From contig CAVYSY010000007.1 of assembly GCA_963771175.1 (NCBI GenBank), positions 25,864 through 89,863 of the forward strand: a stretch of DNA of 64,000 nucleotides. Reading direction: 5' to 3'. Each line of letters starts with the position of its first letter. Position 1 is the first letter of the stretch. This stretch comes from an uncultured delta proteobacterium. GTDB lineage: Bacteria > Myxococcota > Myxococcia > Myxococcales > Myxococcaceae. The position numbers and the translations under genes are program-made. The notes below the pieces were generated by a model that did no database searches, was not told where the DNA came from, and saw only the letters and a list, made by a program, of their open reading frames with translations. Positions 20,272-31,296 of this stretch are shown one piece after another.

Positions 20272-21506
20272 TGCGCGCCGTCCTCTTCGTGTCGGTGGTG
20301 CTGCTGGCGACCCCGGCGGCGTGGGCACAGGACGAGGTGCCCGCGGCCACCCGGCCCGAGCGGCTGTACGTCAACTCGGGCGTGCTGATGGGCTCCTCGC
20401 GGGTGGTGGCGCTGGGCGGCGCCTACGTGGGCGTCGCCGAGGGCGTGGCCGGCTTCACCAACAACCTGGCCGCGCTCGCCCACCGCACCCCGTACCTGAA
20501 CAAGGACTGGGACGTGGGCGTCACCCTGTCCTGGTTGGACCTGCCGCTGGCCAAGGCCAAGGGCAAGGACCTGGACAACGACGGCCTGGCCGACGACGCC
20601 CCCGAGACGCTCCAGCTCCTGGGCGCGGTGATGCTGCAGTACCGCAACTTCGGGCTCGGCTTCTCCTTGCGCAACCAACAGGTGGGCTACTGCAACACGC
20701 TCCACTGCGACGAGAGCGACTTGCTGAGCGTGTCGCTCCTCCAGACGGCGCTGGCGGGCGCGGTGGCGCTGGGGCGGGACGAGTTCATCCTCGGCTTCGG
20801 CATCTACAGCGCGCAGGCCGTCTTCAGCCACAAGTCGGAGGGTGACTGGCGGTACGGAGACACGGGCCTGGCGCTGGACATGCTGTACCGACCGCTCGGG
20901 AGGCCGTACCGGGTGGGGGTGTCGGTGCGACCCGAGGTGGTGGGCGCCTGGCGGCGGCAGGAGGGACAGGTGCCCTTCCTCGCGGGCCGGCAGCTCTACG
21001 CGGCGGTGGTGTCGCCGGCGGTGCTGTCGCTGGGAGTGAGCTGGCGACTGGGCGAGGGGGCGGAGAACTACAACCGGCTCTCCCCCGCGGCGCGCCGGCA
21101 GATGCTGGAAGGGGAGCACTTCTCCGAGGTGCCGCCCGAGGACGTGGTCGGAGCCCCCTCGGGCCGGTGGCTCATCAGCGTGCAGGCGGACTTCATCTCG
21201 CGGGTGGAGAACGCGGTGTCGGTGCACTCGTTCACGGCGCTCACCGAGCCGACGAGGGTGGGAGCCTCGGGGATGCTGCAGCCGCGCCTGGGCGTGGAGC
21301 ACGAGACGTGGCCGGGGCGGCTGCGCACGCGGCTGGGGACGTTCATCGAGCCCTCGCCCTTCGAGGACCACCTGCCGAGGCCCCACTTCACGGGAGGCTT
21401 CGAGCTGTTCCTGTTCCGCTACTGGGAGGACTGGGCGCTGACGGCCTCGTTCGATGCCTCGCGCCGCTATTCCAACTTCGGCATCTCGGTGGGCTTCTGG
21501 AGATGA
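20271..21506 (+). CDS. Secreted/outer-membrane hypothetical protein, FadL-like N-terminus
   Basis: Signal peptide ..AWA; SRVVALGGAYVGVAEG..N.AA; aromatic C-terminus VGFWR. Confidence 0.6.
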   Translation: MRAVLFVSVVLLATPAAWAQDEVPAATRPERLYVNSGVLMGSSRVVALGGAYVGVAEGVAGFTNNLAALAHRTPYLNKDWDVGVTLSWLDLPLAKAKGKDLDNDGLADDAPETLQLLGAVMLQYRNFGLGFSLRNQQVGYCNTLHCDESDLLSVSLLQTALAGAVALGRDEFILGFGIYSAQAVFSHKSEGDWRYGDTGLALDMLYRPLGRPYRVGVSVRPEVVGAWRRQEGQVPFLAGRQLYAAVVSPAVLSLGVSWRLGEGAENYNRLSPAARRQMLEGEHFSEVPPEDVVGAPSGRWLISVQADFISRVENAVSVHSFTALTEPTRVGASGMLQPRLGVEHETWPGRLRTRLGTFIEPSPFEDHLPRPHFTGGFELFLFRYWEDWALTASFDASRRYSNFGISVGFWR

Positions 21507-22396
21507 GCGAGCGCCACCCCTGGAGGACGGTGGCCTTCACGGTGCTGGCGCTCATCGGGTTCGCGGCCAACTCGCTGCTGTGCCGGGCGGCGCTGGAGAA
21601 CGGGGCCTGGCGCATCGACGCGGCGAGCTTCACGAGCATCCGGCTCGGCTCGGGTGCGCTCGTGCTGTGGCTGCTGCCGCGGGCGCGCGGAGGAGGAGAA
21701 CGCCGGGGCTCATGGGGCTCGGCGCTGGCGCTGTTCGCCTACGCCGCGGGCTTCTCGCTGGCGTACGTGCGGATTCCCGCGGGAGTGGGCGCGCTCATCC
21801 TCTTCGGCTGCGTGCAGGCGACGATGCTGGGCGTGGGCCTCTTCCGGGGCGAGCGCCCCCGTCCGCGGGAGTGGCTGGGCTTCGTCATGGCGCTCGGAGG
21901 GCTCATCGTGCTGCGCCTGCCGGGAGCCACCGCGCCGGACCCGCTCGGGGCCACGCTGATGGCGGGGGCGGGCGTGGCGTGGGGCGTGTACTCGCTGCGA
22001 GGGCGCGGCAACGCGGACCCGCTGGCGGCCACGGCGGACAACTTCCTGCGGAGCGTGCCGATGACGGCGGGGCTCTCCGTCCTGGGGCTCCTGGTGCTGG
22101 AAGCCCCGAGGGCGACTCCGGCGGGCGTGGGACTGGCGGTGGCGTCGGGGGCACTGGCGTCGGGCGTGGGCTACAGCCTGTGGTACGCGGCGCTGCCGTA
22201 CCTGACGGCGATGCGGGCGGCGGTGGTGCAGCTCGCGGTGCCGGTGGTGGCGGCAGCGGGTGGCGTGCTGCTGCTCGGCGAGGCGCTGACGGTGCGGCTG
22301 GTGGGCGCGGGCAGTGCCCTGTTGTGCGGCGTGCTCCTGGCCCTCACGGCGCGCCAGCGCAAGGCCCCAGCGAAAGAGCCGGCCTCGGCGCGGTAG
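21503..22396 (+). CDS. DMT/EamA family transporter
   Basis: About 10 TM helices; FAANSLLCR, GYSLWY..LP, QL.VPVVAA.GG.LLLGE. Confidence 0.9.
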   Translation: MSERHPWRTVAFTVLALIGFAANSLLCRAALENGAWRIDAASFTSIRLGSGALVLWLLPRARGGGERRGSWGSALALFAYAAGFSLAYVRIPAGVGALILFGCVQATMLGVGLFRGERPRPREWLGFVMALGGLIVLRLPGATAPDPLGATLMAGAGVAWGVYSLRGRGNADPLAATADNFLRSVPMTAGLSVLGLLVLEAPRATPAGVGLAVASGALASGVGYSLWYAALPYLTAMRAAVVQLAVPVVAAAGGVLLLGEALTVRLVGAGSALLCGVLLALTARQRKAPAKEPASAR

Positions 22397-22405
22397 GCGG
22401 CAGGC

Positions 22406-22684
22406 TCAGCCGCGCCGGCCTGGGCGACGCCTCGCCGACTGGCGCACGCCGGGGAGTGGACGGGGTGGGCCCTCCAGGTGCGCGGAGCGGAGCGGTCTGG
22501 CGGCTTGGGGCCTCAGCTCCCTCCCATCTTCGGGCAGGGGCCGCTCCCCCTCCCGCCGCAATGCCGGCGGGCTGAGCAGGCGAGCGTCCGGCCGCCAGTC
22601 GAACAGCAGGAGGGAGATCAGCACCATCGTCACCACCGTGCGCCGGAACGAGGGGGATTCCTGGAGGAGCAGTTGCGGATTCAT
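22406..22684 (-). CDS. Small hypothetical protein (uncertain)
   Basis: MNPQLLLQE..TVVTMVLISLLLFDW with GAGG upstream; weak support. Confidence 0.35.
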   Translation of the reverse strand: MNPQLLLQESPSFRRTVVTMVLISLLLFDWRPDARLLSPPALRREGERPLPEDGRELRPQAARPLRSAHLEGPPRPLPGVRQSARRRPGRRG

Positions 22685-22736
22685 CTGCCTCTTCCAACAC
22701 CCGACCGCCGCGCCTTCATGCACCCCTGGACGCCGC

Positions 22737-23108
22737 TCAGTCGTCGAGGTCCCGATGGTCGCGCACCGGGAAGCAGGCCGGGCACGTCATGCTCCGGCGC
22801 GTGGGCGCGAGCGTGTGCGGGTCGATGTTCAGGTACTGGAGCACCCGCGCCGGGTGGCTGGGAATCCCCCGCGTCTTCAGGTGGAGCTCCGGCAGCCGGC
22901 TCAATCCCTGGACGAGCATATCCAGGGCGAAGTCCTGGAAGGTGTTCACCCTGCTGAAATCCAACTCCATGTGGCCCGCGTCGGCCCGACGCTGGAGGAG
23001 CGCCAGGACATCCCGGGCGGCCCTGGCATCGAAGGTTCCGTGCAGCTCGATGCAGGCGCGCGAGGGGGGCAACTCCCTCTCTTGCTGGATGGGCGCTGTC
23101 TGGTTCAT
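22737..23108 (-). CDS. STAS domain-like protein
   Basis: IELHGTFD...LDFSRV..FQDFAL..L...RVLQYL; AGGAGG RBS. Confidence 0.7.
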   Translation of the reverse strand: MNQTAPIQQERELPPSRACIELHGTFDARAARDVLALLQRRADAGHMELDFSRVNTFQDFALDMLVQGLSRLPELHLKTRGIPSHPARVLQYLNIDPHTLAPTRRSMTCPACFPVRDHRDLDD

Positions 23109-23341
23109 GGACGTTCCTCCTTCCCAGCTCACCCTGATTGAAAGATGCGTGCCAGCCGATCCGCCCGGGGATTCCGGGCGCCGGGCGCAATTCGTGCGCT
23201 TCCGCACACCCTGGCGTGCAGTCGCTGCGCCCCTCCCCCAAGGACGCATCTCTCGTTTCCTGGGTCCCTACCGGGCGAGAGCGGCCCCTGGGGAGCGGCC
23301 TTGCACCTCCCACACCAGCGGGGAAGCCTCGCCCGCGGACG

Positions 23342-24442
23342 TCACAATCCTTTATCGAGCTCCTGGAGCACGAGAGTGACGGCGGCCTTCGCGTTGACCC
23401 GCCCGAAACCGTAGAAGCCGCTGTAGGGCCTCATCTTGACGTTGTCCGTGAAGGACGTGTGGTCGAAGGAGGCGAGCTGGCCGCTGGTGAGCGACCCGGC
23501 GGCGGTCTTCCACTTTCCGGCGGCGTGCGTGCAGGTCGCGTCGATCTTGTCGGCGCTCAGGCACAGGAGCGTCTTGACCTGCTTGGGCGTCAATTTGGGA
23601 TTCGCCAGCAGCATCAGCGCCACCACCCCCGCGACCATCGGGCACGCCGCTGACGTATTCCCGTGGTAATCGAAGTTCCTGTTCCCGGAGAGCCCCTGCT
23701 CGCCCTGGCCCGTGTTGGACGTGCTCACCGGTCGGATTCCGCTGTCATCACTGCCGGGTGCACAGACCGTGATTCCGGGCCCGTAATTGGACCTGCCGCT
23801 CTTCACTTCCGGCCCGCCGGTCGCGTTGAGCGTCGAGCCGACCAGGATGGCGTCTTCGGCGAAGAGGACGTCCTTTCCCGCCAGGACCTCGTTCTCGTTG
23901 CCGGCCGCGAAGACGAACACCGTCTGGGCGCTCAGCTCCTTGATGAGGTCTCTCATCTTGTAGGCCTTCTGGGCCGCCTTCTTGTTCTCGCTGAAATAGC
24001 CCGGGCCGTAACCCCAGCTGCAGCTGATGACCCGCGCGCCGCGACCGCACAGCTCCCGGAACATCTGCTCGTCGTCGTTGAAATTGTCGCTCGGCGCGTA
24101 GCGCGCACCGAAGAGGGAGAGCGTGAACTCAACGCAGGAGGTCGCCACGCCTCCCAGGAACTGCCCTTCCGCGCTCCCTCCGATCAACCCGGCGCACAAG
24201 GTCCCGTGCGAGTTGGTGCCGTTCTTCACGGGCGAGCCGCCCTCGAAGGAGAGGGAGCCCTCGGCATTGATGACCGACGCGAGGTTCGGGTGCTCGATGT
24301 CGCAGCCGTTATCGAGGACGGCCACATTGACGGAGGCCGGCTCCGTGTACCTCCACCCGTTCTCGGCGGAGGCGGGCACATAACGACCGGCAACCAACGT
24401 GCGCGCCTTGGGGATTTTCATCAACTCGTGCCATGTGGCCAT
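23342..24442 (-). CDS. S8 subtilase-family serine peptidase
   Basis: VAVLDNG (Asp), HGTLCAG (His), FAAGN (oxyanion Asn), NTSAACPMVAGVVALML (Ser), YGFGRVNA. Confidence 0.88.
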   Translation of the reverse strand: MATWHELMKIPKARTLVAGRYVPASAENGWRYTEPASVNVAVLDNGCDIEHPNLASVINAEGSLSFEGGSPVKNGTNSHGTLCAGLIGGSAEGQFLGGVATSCVEFTLSLFGARYAPSDNFNDDEQMFRELCGRGARVISCSWGYGPGYFSENKKAAQKAYKMRDLIKELSAQTVFVFAAGNENEVLAGKDVLFAEDAILVGSTLNATGGPEVKSGRSNYGPGITVCAPGSDDSGIRPVSTSNTGQGEQGLSGNRNFDYHGNTSAACPMVAGVVALMLLANPKLTPKQVKTLLCLSADKIDATCTHAAGKWKTAAGSLTSGQLASFDHTSFTDNVKMRPYSGFYGFGRVNAKAAVTLVLQELDKGL

Positions 24443-24551
24443 GTTGGATGTCCTCCAGGCACGAGCCTATACGAGCCCTCCCCGGACCACCCAGGCCTTC
24501 GCGAACCTCAAGTCCCCACGGCTACCCGGGAGACACGTGGTGATGTGCGGC

Positions 24552-25628
24552 TCAGCCCGCGTTGCGCAGGAACGTCGCCAGCTTCTCGTAGGCCACCGCC
24601 AGCGCGGGGATGGGGGCGCTCTCGTTCGCCTGGTGCGCCTGCGCCGTCTCGCCCGGCCCGAAGTTCACCGCGTCCACCCCGAGCTCGGAGAAGCGCGCCA
24701 CGTCCGTCCACGCCTGCTTCGACGCCGCCGGCAGCCCCGTCAGCGCCATCAGCCCCTGGAACAGCGGGTTGTCCGCGCACACCCGGCCGCTCGGCGCCAG
24801 GTCCGTGAACTCCACCTCCGCCGCGTCCCCCACCAGCTCCCGCACGTCCTGCTGCGCCCGCTCCACGCTCTTCCCCGGCGCGAACCGGTAGTTGAGGTTG
24901 AGCTCGAACGCCTCCGGAATCACGTTGCGCGCCCGCCCTCCCGAGGCCTTCGTGATGTTCATCACCTCATAGAAGGAGAACTCGCCCTGCACCACCTCGC
25001 GCCGAGGCAGCGCCAGCAGGTGCGCCAGCAGCGGCCCCGCCTTGTGGATGGCGTTCTCCCCCTGCCAGGGCCTCGCCGAGTGCGCGCTCCGCCCCTTGAA
25101 CCGCAGCGTCACGTGCAGGCTCCCCACGCACCCCACCTGCACCACCCCGTCCGTCGGCTCCATCGCGATGCCGAACTTCACCCGCTTGAGCTCCGGCCGC
25201 GTGTCGAACAGCGGCCCCAGCCCGCTCTCCAGGTAGGGACCCTCCTCGCGCTCGTAGAGCACCACCACCAGGTTCACCGGCAGCTCGGCACGCGGCAGGT
25301 CCTCCGCCAGCGCCATCATCACCGCCAGCCCGCCCTTCATGTCCGAGGCGCCCAGGCCGAAGACGCGCTCCCCTTCAAGCCTCGGCTCCCGGTCGTTCGG
25401 GTGCGCGGGCACCGTGTCCAGGTGACCCACCAGCGCCACCGTGGGCCTGTCGTCCCGCAGGTTCCCCAGCACCAGCGAGTGCCCCAGCCGGAACACCTCG
25501 CGCTGCGGAAAGAGCCCGCGCGCCCAGCGCTCCACGTGGTCGGCGATGGCCCGCTCCTCCCCGATGGGGCTGGGAATCCGACACAGGGCCAACGTGGACT
25601 GGGCAAGGCGGGTCGCGAGGTCGCTCAT
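24552..25628 (-). CDS. dapE: Succinyl-diaminopimelate desuccinylase (M20 family)
   Basis: GHLDTVP, GLGASDMKGG, REE, MEPT, AHSARPWQGENAI, WTDVARF, GPG..QAHQANE. Confidence 0.9.
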   Translation of the reverse strand: MSDLATRLAQSTLALCRIPSPIGEERAIADHVERWARGLFPQREVFRLGHSLVLGNLRDDRPTVALVGHLDTVPAHPNDREPRLEGERVFGLGASDMKGGLAVMMALAEDLPRAELPVNLVVVLYEREEGPYLESGLGPLFDTRPELKRVKFGIAMEPTDGVVQVGCVGSLHVTLRFKGRSAHSARPWQGENAIHKAGPLLAHLLALPRREVVQGEFSFYEVMNITKASGGRARNVIPEAFELNLNYRFAPGKSVERAQQDVRELVGDAAEVEFTDLAPSGRVCADNPLFQGLMALTGLPAASKQAWTDVARFSELGVDAVNFGPGETAQAHQANESAPIPALAVAYEKLATFLRNAG

Positions 25629-25643
25629 CTTCCGCTCGAAAGG

Positions 25644-27551
25644 CTACAGCTCGACCTGGGTGCCCATCTCCACCACGCGGTTGGGCGGGATGCGGAAGAA
25701 GGACGTGGCCGAGCGGGCGTTGTGGCTCATCCAGACGAAGAGGGCCTCGCGCCAGCGAGCCATGCCCGGCTTCTTGGTGACGAGGAGCGTCTCGCGGCCG
25801 AGGAAGAAGCTGGTGCCCATCAGGTTGAACTGCAGCCCGGCCTCCCGCAGGCGCTTGAGGATGTCCGGGATGCTCGGGTCCTCCATGAAGCCATAGCGCG
25901 CGTACACGCGCTTGAGCCCGAGCTCCAGCGGCTCCACCTCCACGCGCTCGGAGACCGGCACGTGGGGCACGTCCTGGGTCTGGATGGTGAGGAGCACCGT
26001 CTGCTCGTGCAGCACCTTGTTGTGCTTGAGGTTGTGCAGGAGCGCGCTGGGCGCGGCCTCCGCGTTGCCCGTCATGAAGATGGCCGTGCCGGGCACGCGC
26101 GTGGGCGAGTGCTCCCGGAAGCTCTCCAGCAGGGCCTCGACGGTGAGGGAACCCGCGCGCAGCCGCTCGCCCAGCAACTCGCGGCCGCGCTTCCACGTCG
26201 TCATCAAGGTGAAGATGATGAGGCCGAGCGTGAGCGGGAACCAGCCGCCGTCGGGCACCTTCACCACGTTGGCGCCCAGGAATGACAGGTCGATGGCCAG
26301 GAAGAGCGCCGACACCGGCAGCACCACCGCGCGGCTCATCTTCCAGCGCTCGCGGGCCACCACGTACGCGAGCACCGTGGTGATGGACATGGCGGCGGTG
26401 GTCGCCATGCCGTAGGCCGCCGCCAGTGCGCTCGAGGAGCGGAAGGTGAGCACCAGCACCACCACGCCCAGGAGCATGGCGAAGTTGAGGCCGGGCAGGA
26501 AGATCTGCCCCTCCTCCTGCGCCGAGGTGTGCACCACCTCCATGCGCGGGCTGTAGCCGAGCTGGATGGCCTGGCGCGTGAGGCTGAAGGCGCCCGAGAT
26601 GAGCGCCTGGCTGGCGATGCTCGCCGCCAGCGTGGCGAGCGCCACCAGCGGGTAGAGCAGGAACGGCGGGGCGAGCTGGTAGAACGGGTTCTCCGCCGTC
26701 GGGTCGCGCAGCAGGAGCGCGCCCTGCCCGAAGTAGTTGAGCAGCAGCGAGGGCAGCGCCACCGCGAACCACGCCAGCCGGATGGGCTTGCGGCCGAAGT
26801 GGCCCATGTCCGCGTAGAGCGCCTCGCCCCCGGTGATGACCAGGATGACCACCGCCAGCAGCAGGAAGCCGTGCACGCCGTTGTGGACGAAGAACTCCAC
26901 CGCGTAGCCGGGCCACACCGCCCGCAGCACGTCCGGCCGGGCCAGGATGGAGCGCGCCCCCAGCGTGGCGAGGGTGAGGAACCACAGGAGCATCATCGGC
27001 CCGAAAATCTTGCCGATGCCGGCCGTGCCCCGACTCTGCACCACGAACAGGCCGACCAGGATGACCAGCGTGAGCGGCACCACGTAGGGCTCGAACACGT
27101 TCGTGGCCACGTTGAGACCCTCGGTGGCCGACAGGACCGAGATGGCCGGAGTGATGACGCCGTCGCCGTAGATGAGGCCCGCGCCGAACAGCGCCATCCA
27201 CACCAGCACCTTGCGGTTGCTGCTCGGGCGGCCCTCGCGCGTGCGGTGCATCACCAGCGCCATCAGCGCCAGCATTCCACCCTCGCCGCGGTTGTCCGCG
27301 CGCATGACGAACGCCAGGTACTTCACCGAGATGACGATGACGAGGGCCCAGAAGAACAGGCTCAGCACCCCCAGCACGTTGGCGGGCGTGGGGGCGATGG
27401 CATGCGGCCCATGGAAGCACTCGCGAAGCGCGTACAGGGGCGAGGTGCCAATATCGCCATAGACCACCCCCAGCGCTCCCAGCGCTCCCAGTGCGACGCG
27501 ACGGAATGAGGGGGGTTCGGCGCCAGCGGAGGAGTGCACGGAGAGGCTCAC
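25644..27551 (-). CDS. kup: KUP/HAK potassium transporter (start approximate)
   Basis: GVVYGDIGTSPLY, ADNRGEGG, GDGVITPAISVLSA, GGEALYADMGHFG, HNLKHNKVLHE, YGFME. Confidence 0.96.
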   Translation of the reverse strand: MSLSVHSSAGAEPPSFRRVALGALGALGVVYGDIGTSPLYALRECFHGPHAIAPTPANVLGVLSLFFWALVIVISVKYLAFVMRADNRGEGGMLALMALVMHRTREGRPSSNRKVLVWMALFGAGLIYGDGVITPAISVLSATEGLNVATNVFEPYVVPLTLVILVGLFVVQSRGTAGIGKIFGPMMLLWFLTLATLGARSILARPDVLRAVWPGYAVEFFVHNGVHGFLLLAVVILVITGGEALYADMGHFGRKPIRLAWFAVALPSLLLNYFGQGALLLRDPTAENPFYQLAPPFLLYPLVALATLAASIASQALISGAFSLTRQAIQLGYSPRMEVVHTSAQEEGQIFLPGLNFAMLLGVVVLVLTFRSSSALAAAYGMATTAAMSITTVLAYVVARERWKMSRAVVLPVSALFLAIDLSFLGANVVKVPDGGWFPLTLGLIIFTLMTTWKRGRELLGERLRAGSLTVEALLESFREHSPTRVPGTAIFMTGNAEAAPSALLHNLKHNKVLHEQTVLLTIQTQDVPHVPVSERVEVEPLELGLKRVYARYGFMEDPSIPDILKRLREAGLQFNLMGTSFFLGRETLLVTKKPGMARWREALFVWMSHNARSATSFFRIPPNRVVEMGTQVEL

Positions 27552-27861
27552 CTCGAAGAGACGGGCCGGCCTGTCCGGGCCGCCGTGAAAGGCCGCCAGC
27601 CTTAGCGCACCCCCCGCTCCCGGGTCATCGAATTCCGCGAGGGGTCGGTGCAAGAGGAGCGGAAACAATCACCCTGGGTGAATGAACACCCCCCTTCACC
27701 CCGCTCGGGGTGTGGGTGGCCCACGCCCATACCGGCCCCGAGGCGGCGGCCACCCAGGGAGGAGCGCCGAAAGGCGGGCGGAGAGGGCTCACCCGTTGGC
27801 CAGGCAGCCACAGCCACCCCATTTCCCGTTATTTGGTTCGTAGACAAAACTTTCTCCATCC

Positions 27862-30072
27862 ATGCTCACCATCCCCGTCCCGCCGCTATGTGCTGAGCCC
27901 GACCCCCTCTCCCCCCCACTGAAATACCTGCTCGCCCTCTACCCCCGTGCCCGCGAGGCGGAGGAGCGGCTGCGAGAGCTACAGGCGCTGCTGACGTCGG
28001 CCCAGCCCCTGGCGCCGCTCGCGACGCGCATGACGTGGCTGGAGGAGCTGGCCCGCTGGCTCCAGGCGCGCGGAGCCACGCTGTCGCGGCGCGGGCAACT
28101 GGCGCCAGTGGAGTCCTCGGGCTCGGCGCGCCTGCGGCTGCTGCTGGAGGTGCTCGGCGAGGTGCCCGAGTGGTGCGAGGCCTTGCGGGGTGTCATCGCA
28201 TCGGTGCTCGCCGAGACGTCGGCGCGGAAGCTGTTCACCGAGCCGGGCCTGTCCTCCGGCCGGGGCCTCCTGGGGGACGCCGCGGCGCGGCTCGGTCAGC
28301 GGCTCGTGCCCCCCGCGCCGGACGAGCGGGACCTGGCGTCGCTGGTCTGGCGCCTGTTCCCGGGGGAGGAAGGCGCCGCGTGGCTGGACGAGCTGTCCGA
28401 GCAGCCCGTGGCGGCCCTCTGTGCCCTGCTGGGTGCGCCGTCCTTCGCCCCGTTGGGGGCGGCGGTGGAGGACGCGGTGGTGGTGCTCGCCGCGCGGGCG
28501 AGCGCCCTCGGCCTGGCGGGGGACGTGCTGGCGCGGCTCCCCCCGGGGCCCGTCGCGCAGTCCCCCTTCGTCCGCCTGCCGCGCGCCTGCGAGGCACTGC
28601 GGGGAGCGGTGCGCGCGCGCGCGGAGGGGCTCGCGATGCGGCGGGGGCGAGAGGCCTGCGCCGAGGCCATTGGAGACTGCCGCGCCGCCGCGCAGGCGGT
28701 GTTGCACCGCATGCATGCGGACGCGGTGGACACCGACCTCGTCTACCGGCTCCAGCAGCTCGGCCACACGCTGGACCGGCTGGAGTCACTGCTGTGGCTG
28801 CTGGCCCCGGACAGCCCTGGCGCCACGCCGTGCGCCGCCACCCGACTGCTCTCGTCCCTGGTCCATGAGCACGAGAGGGAGCGCAGCGTGGCCGGGCTGT
28901 TCCGCAACAGCATGCGCTACATCTCCCGGCGCATCTTCGAGCACACGGGGGAGGTGGGCCGCCACTACATCACCACCAGCCAGGACGAGTACCACCAGAT
29001 GGTGAGCGCGGCGGCGGGTGGGGGGCTGATCACCACCGTCACCGCGGCGCTCAAGCTGTGCATCACCTTCGCGGCGCTGCCGCTCTTCTTCGAAGGGCTG
29101 GCGGCCGCCACCAACTACGCCCTCAGCTTCATGCTCATCCAGGTGCTCGGCTTCACCCTGTCCACCAAGCAGCCCTCCATGACGGCCGCGGCCCTGGCGG
29201 TCTCGATGGACGTGAAGGCCGGCGACAAGGGGATGCGCAGCCTGGTGGAGCAGCTCGCCTGCATCACCCGGTCCCAGCTCGCCTCGGTGCTCGGCAACCT
29301 CGGCGCGGTGGTGGCCGCCGGCACCCTCGTGGGGCTCCTCCTCCAGGCGCTCTGGGGCCGACCCCTGCTGGAGGTGCACCAGGCGGAGTACGTGGTGCGC
29401 TCACTCCACCCGCTGCGCAGCGGCACGCTGTTCTTCGCCGCCCTCACGGGGGTGCTGCTGTGGTGCTCGAGCGTCTTGGGCGGCTGGCTGGAGAACTGGG
29501 TGCAGTACCGGCGCCTGCCGGAGGCACTCGCGCGCCATCGCGGCCTCATCCGCATGCTGGGCGAGGCGCGGGCGAAGTGGCTGGGCGAGGCCCTCGCGCG
29601 CAACGCGTGCGGCCTGGGCGCCAATGTCGGCCTGGGCCTGCTGCTGGGCATGACGCCCGCGGTGGGCCGCTTCTTCGGCCTGTCGCTGGACGTGCGGCAC
29701 GTCACCCTCAGCGCCGGCATGCTCACCTTCGCGGGCTCGGCACTGGGGCCCGAGCGGCTGCTGGAGTCGGACTTCCTCTGGGCGGTGGTGGGCCTCGCCC
29801 TGGTGGGGGTGGTCAACCTGACGGTGAGCTTCTCGCTGGGGCTCTTCGCGGCGGTGCGAGCGCGGGGCCTGGAGCCGGTGGGCTTCCTGTGCCTGGCCTT
29901 CGCGGTCCTCGCCGGAGGCATCCGCTCCCTCTCCGGCTTCATCCTCCCGCCGCCGAACCCGCTCCTGCCGGTCCGTCGCCCCGACTCGCCCTACAGCGTG
30001 CGGTCCGCCGCGCGCCCTCGCTCCGCGACCCTCCGCGAGAGGCCGCACGACGCCGACTCCCGGCTCGCCTAG
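27862..30072 (+). CDS. Gcr-type 'site-specific recombinase' family membrane protein (AgmG-like)
   Basis: HYIT...EY..M..AAAGGG, NYA.SF..IQ..GFTL.TKQPSMTAA, RSQLA.V.GN, LDVRHVT; multiple TMs. Confidence 0.85.
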   Translation: MLTIPVPPLCAEPDPLSPPLKYLLALYPRAREAEERLRELQALLTSAQPLAPLATRMTWLEELARWLQARGATLSRRGQLAPVESSGSARLRLLLEVLGEVPEWCEALRGVIASVLAETSARKLFTEPGLSSGRGLLGDAAARLGQRLVPPAPDERDLASLVWRLFPGEEGAAWLDELSEQPVAALCALLGAPSFAPLGAAVEDAVVVLAARASALGLAGDVLARLPPGPVAQSPFVRLPRACEALRGAVRARAEGLAMRRGREACAEAIGDCRAAAQAVLHRMHADAVDTDLVYRLQQLGHTLDRLESLLWLLAPDSPGATPCAATRLLSSLVHEHERERSVAGLFRNSMRYISRRIFEHTGEVGRHYITTSQDEYHQMVSAAAGGGLITTVTAALKLCITFAALPLFFEGLAAATNYALSFMLIQVLGFTLSTKQPSMTAAALAVSMDVKAGDKGMRSLVEQLACITRSQLASVLGNLGAVVAAGTLVGLLLQALWGRPLLEVHQAEYVVRSLHPLRSGTLFFAALTGVLLWCSSVLGGWLENWVQYRRLPEALARHRGLIRMLGEARAKWLGEALARNACGLGANVGLGLLLGMTPAVGRFFGLSLDVRHVTLSAGMLTFAGSALGPERLLESDFLWAVVGLALVGVVNLTVSFSLGLFAAVRARGLEPVGFLCLAFAVLAGGIRSLSGFILPPPNPLLPVRRPDSPYSVRSAARPRSATLRERPHDADSRLA

Positions 30073-30093
30073 GCCCTGTCCGAGGCTCGACTC

Positions 30094-31210
<1,117 letters not shown>

Positions 31211-31296
31211 GGCGCTGTCCCAAACGAACCCCGGAGGAGCCGCCACAGGGGAGGGCGCTCCCCCGGCCGCTTCATGTGGGAGCGCTCAGACCCTGT

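Noticed and set aside
27552-27861. c-di-AMP (ydaO) or other riboswitch upstream of kup
   Set aside because: The leader is long and GC-rich, but I could not find the ydaO consensus elements by eye; an Rfam scan would be needed
27862-30072. Mobile element or integrase
   Set aside because: The Gcr family name notwithstanding, it is a multi-TM protein with no recombinase catalytic motif and no att sites or cargo
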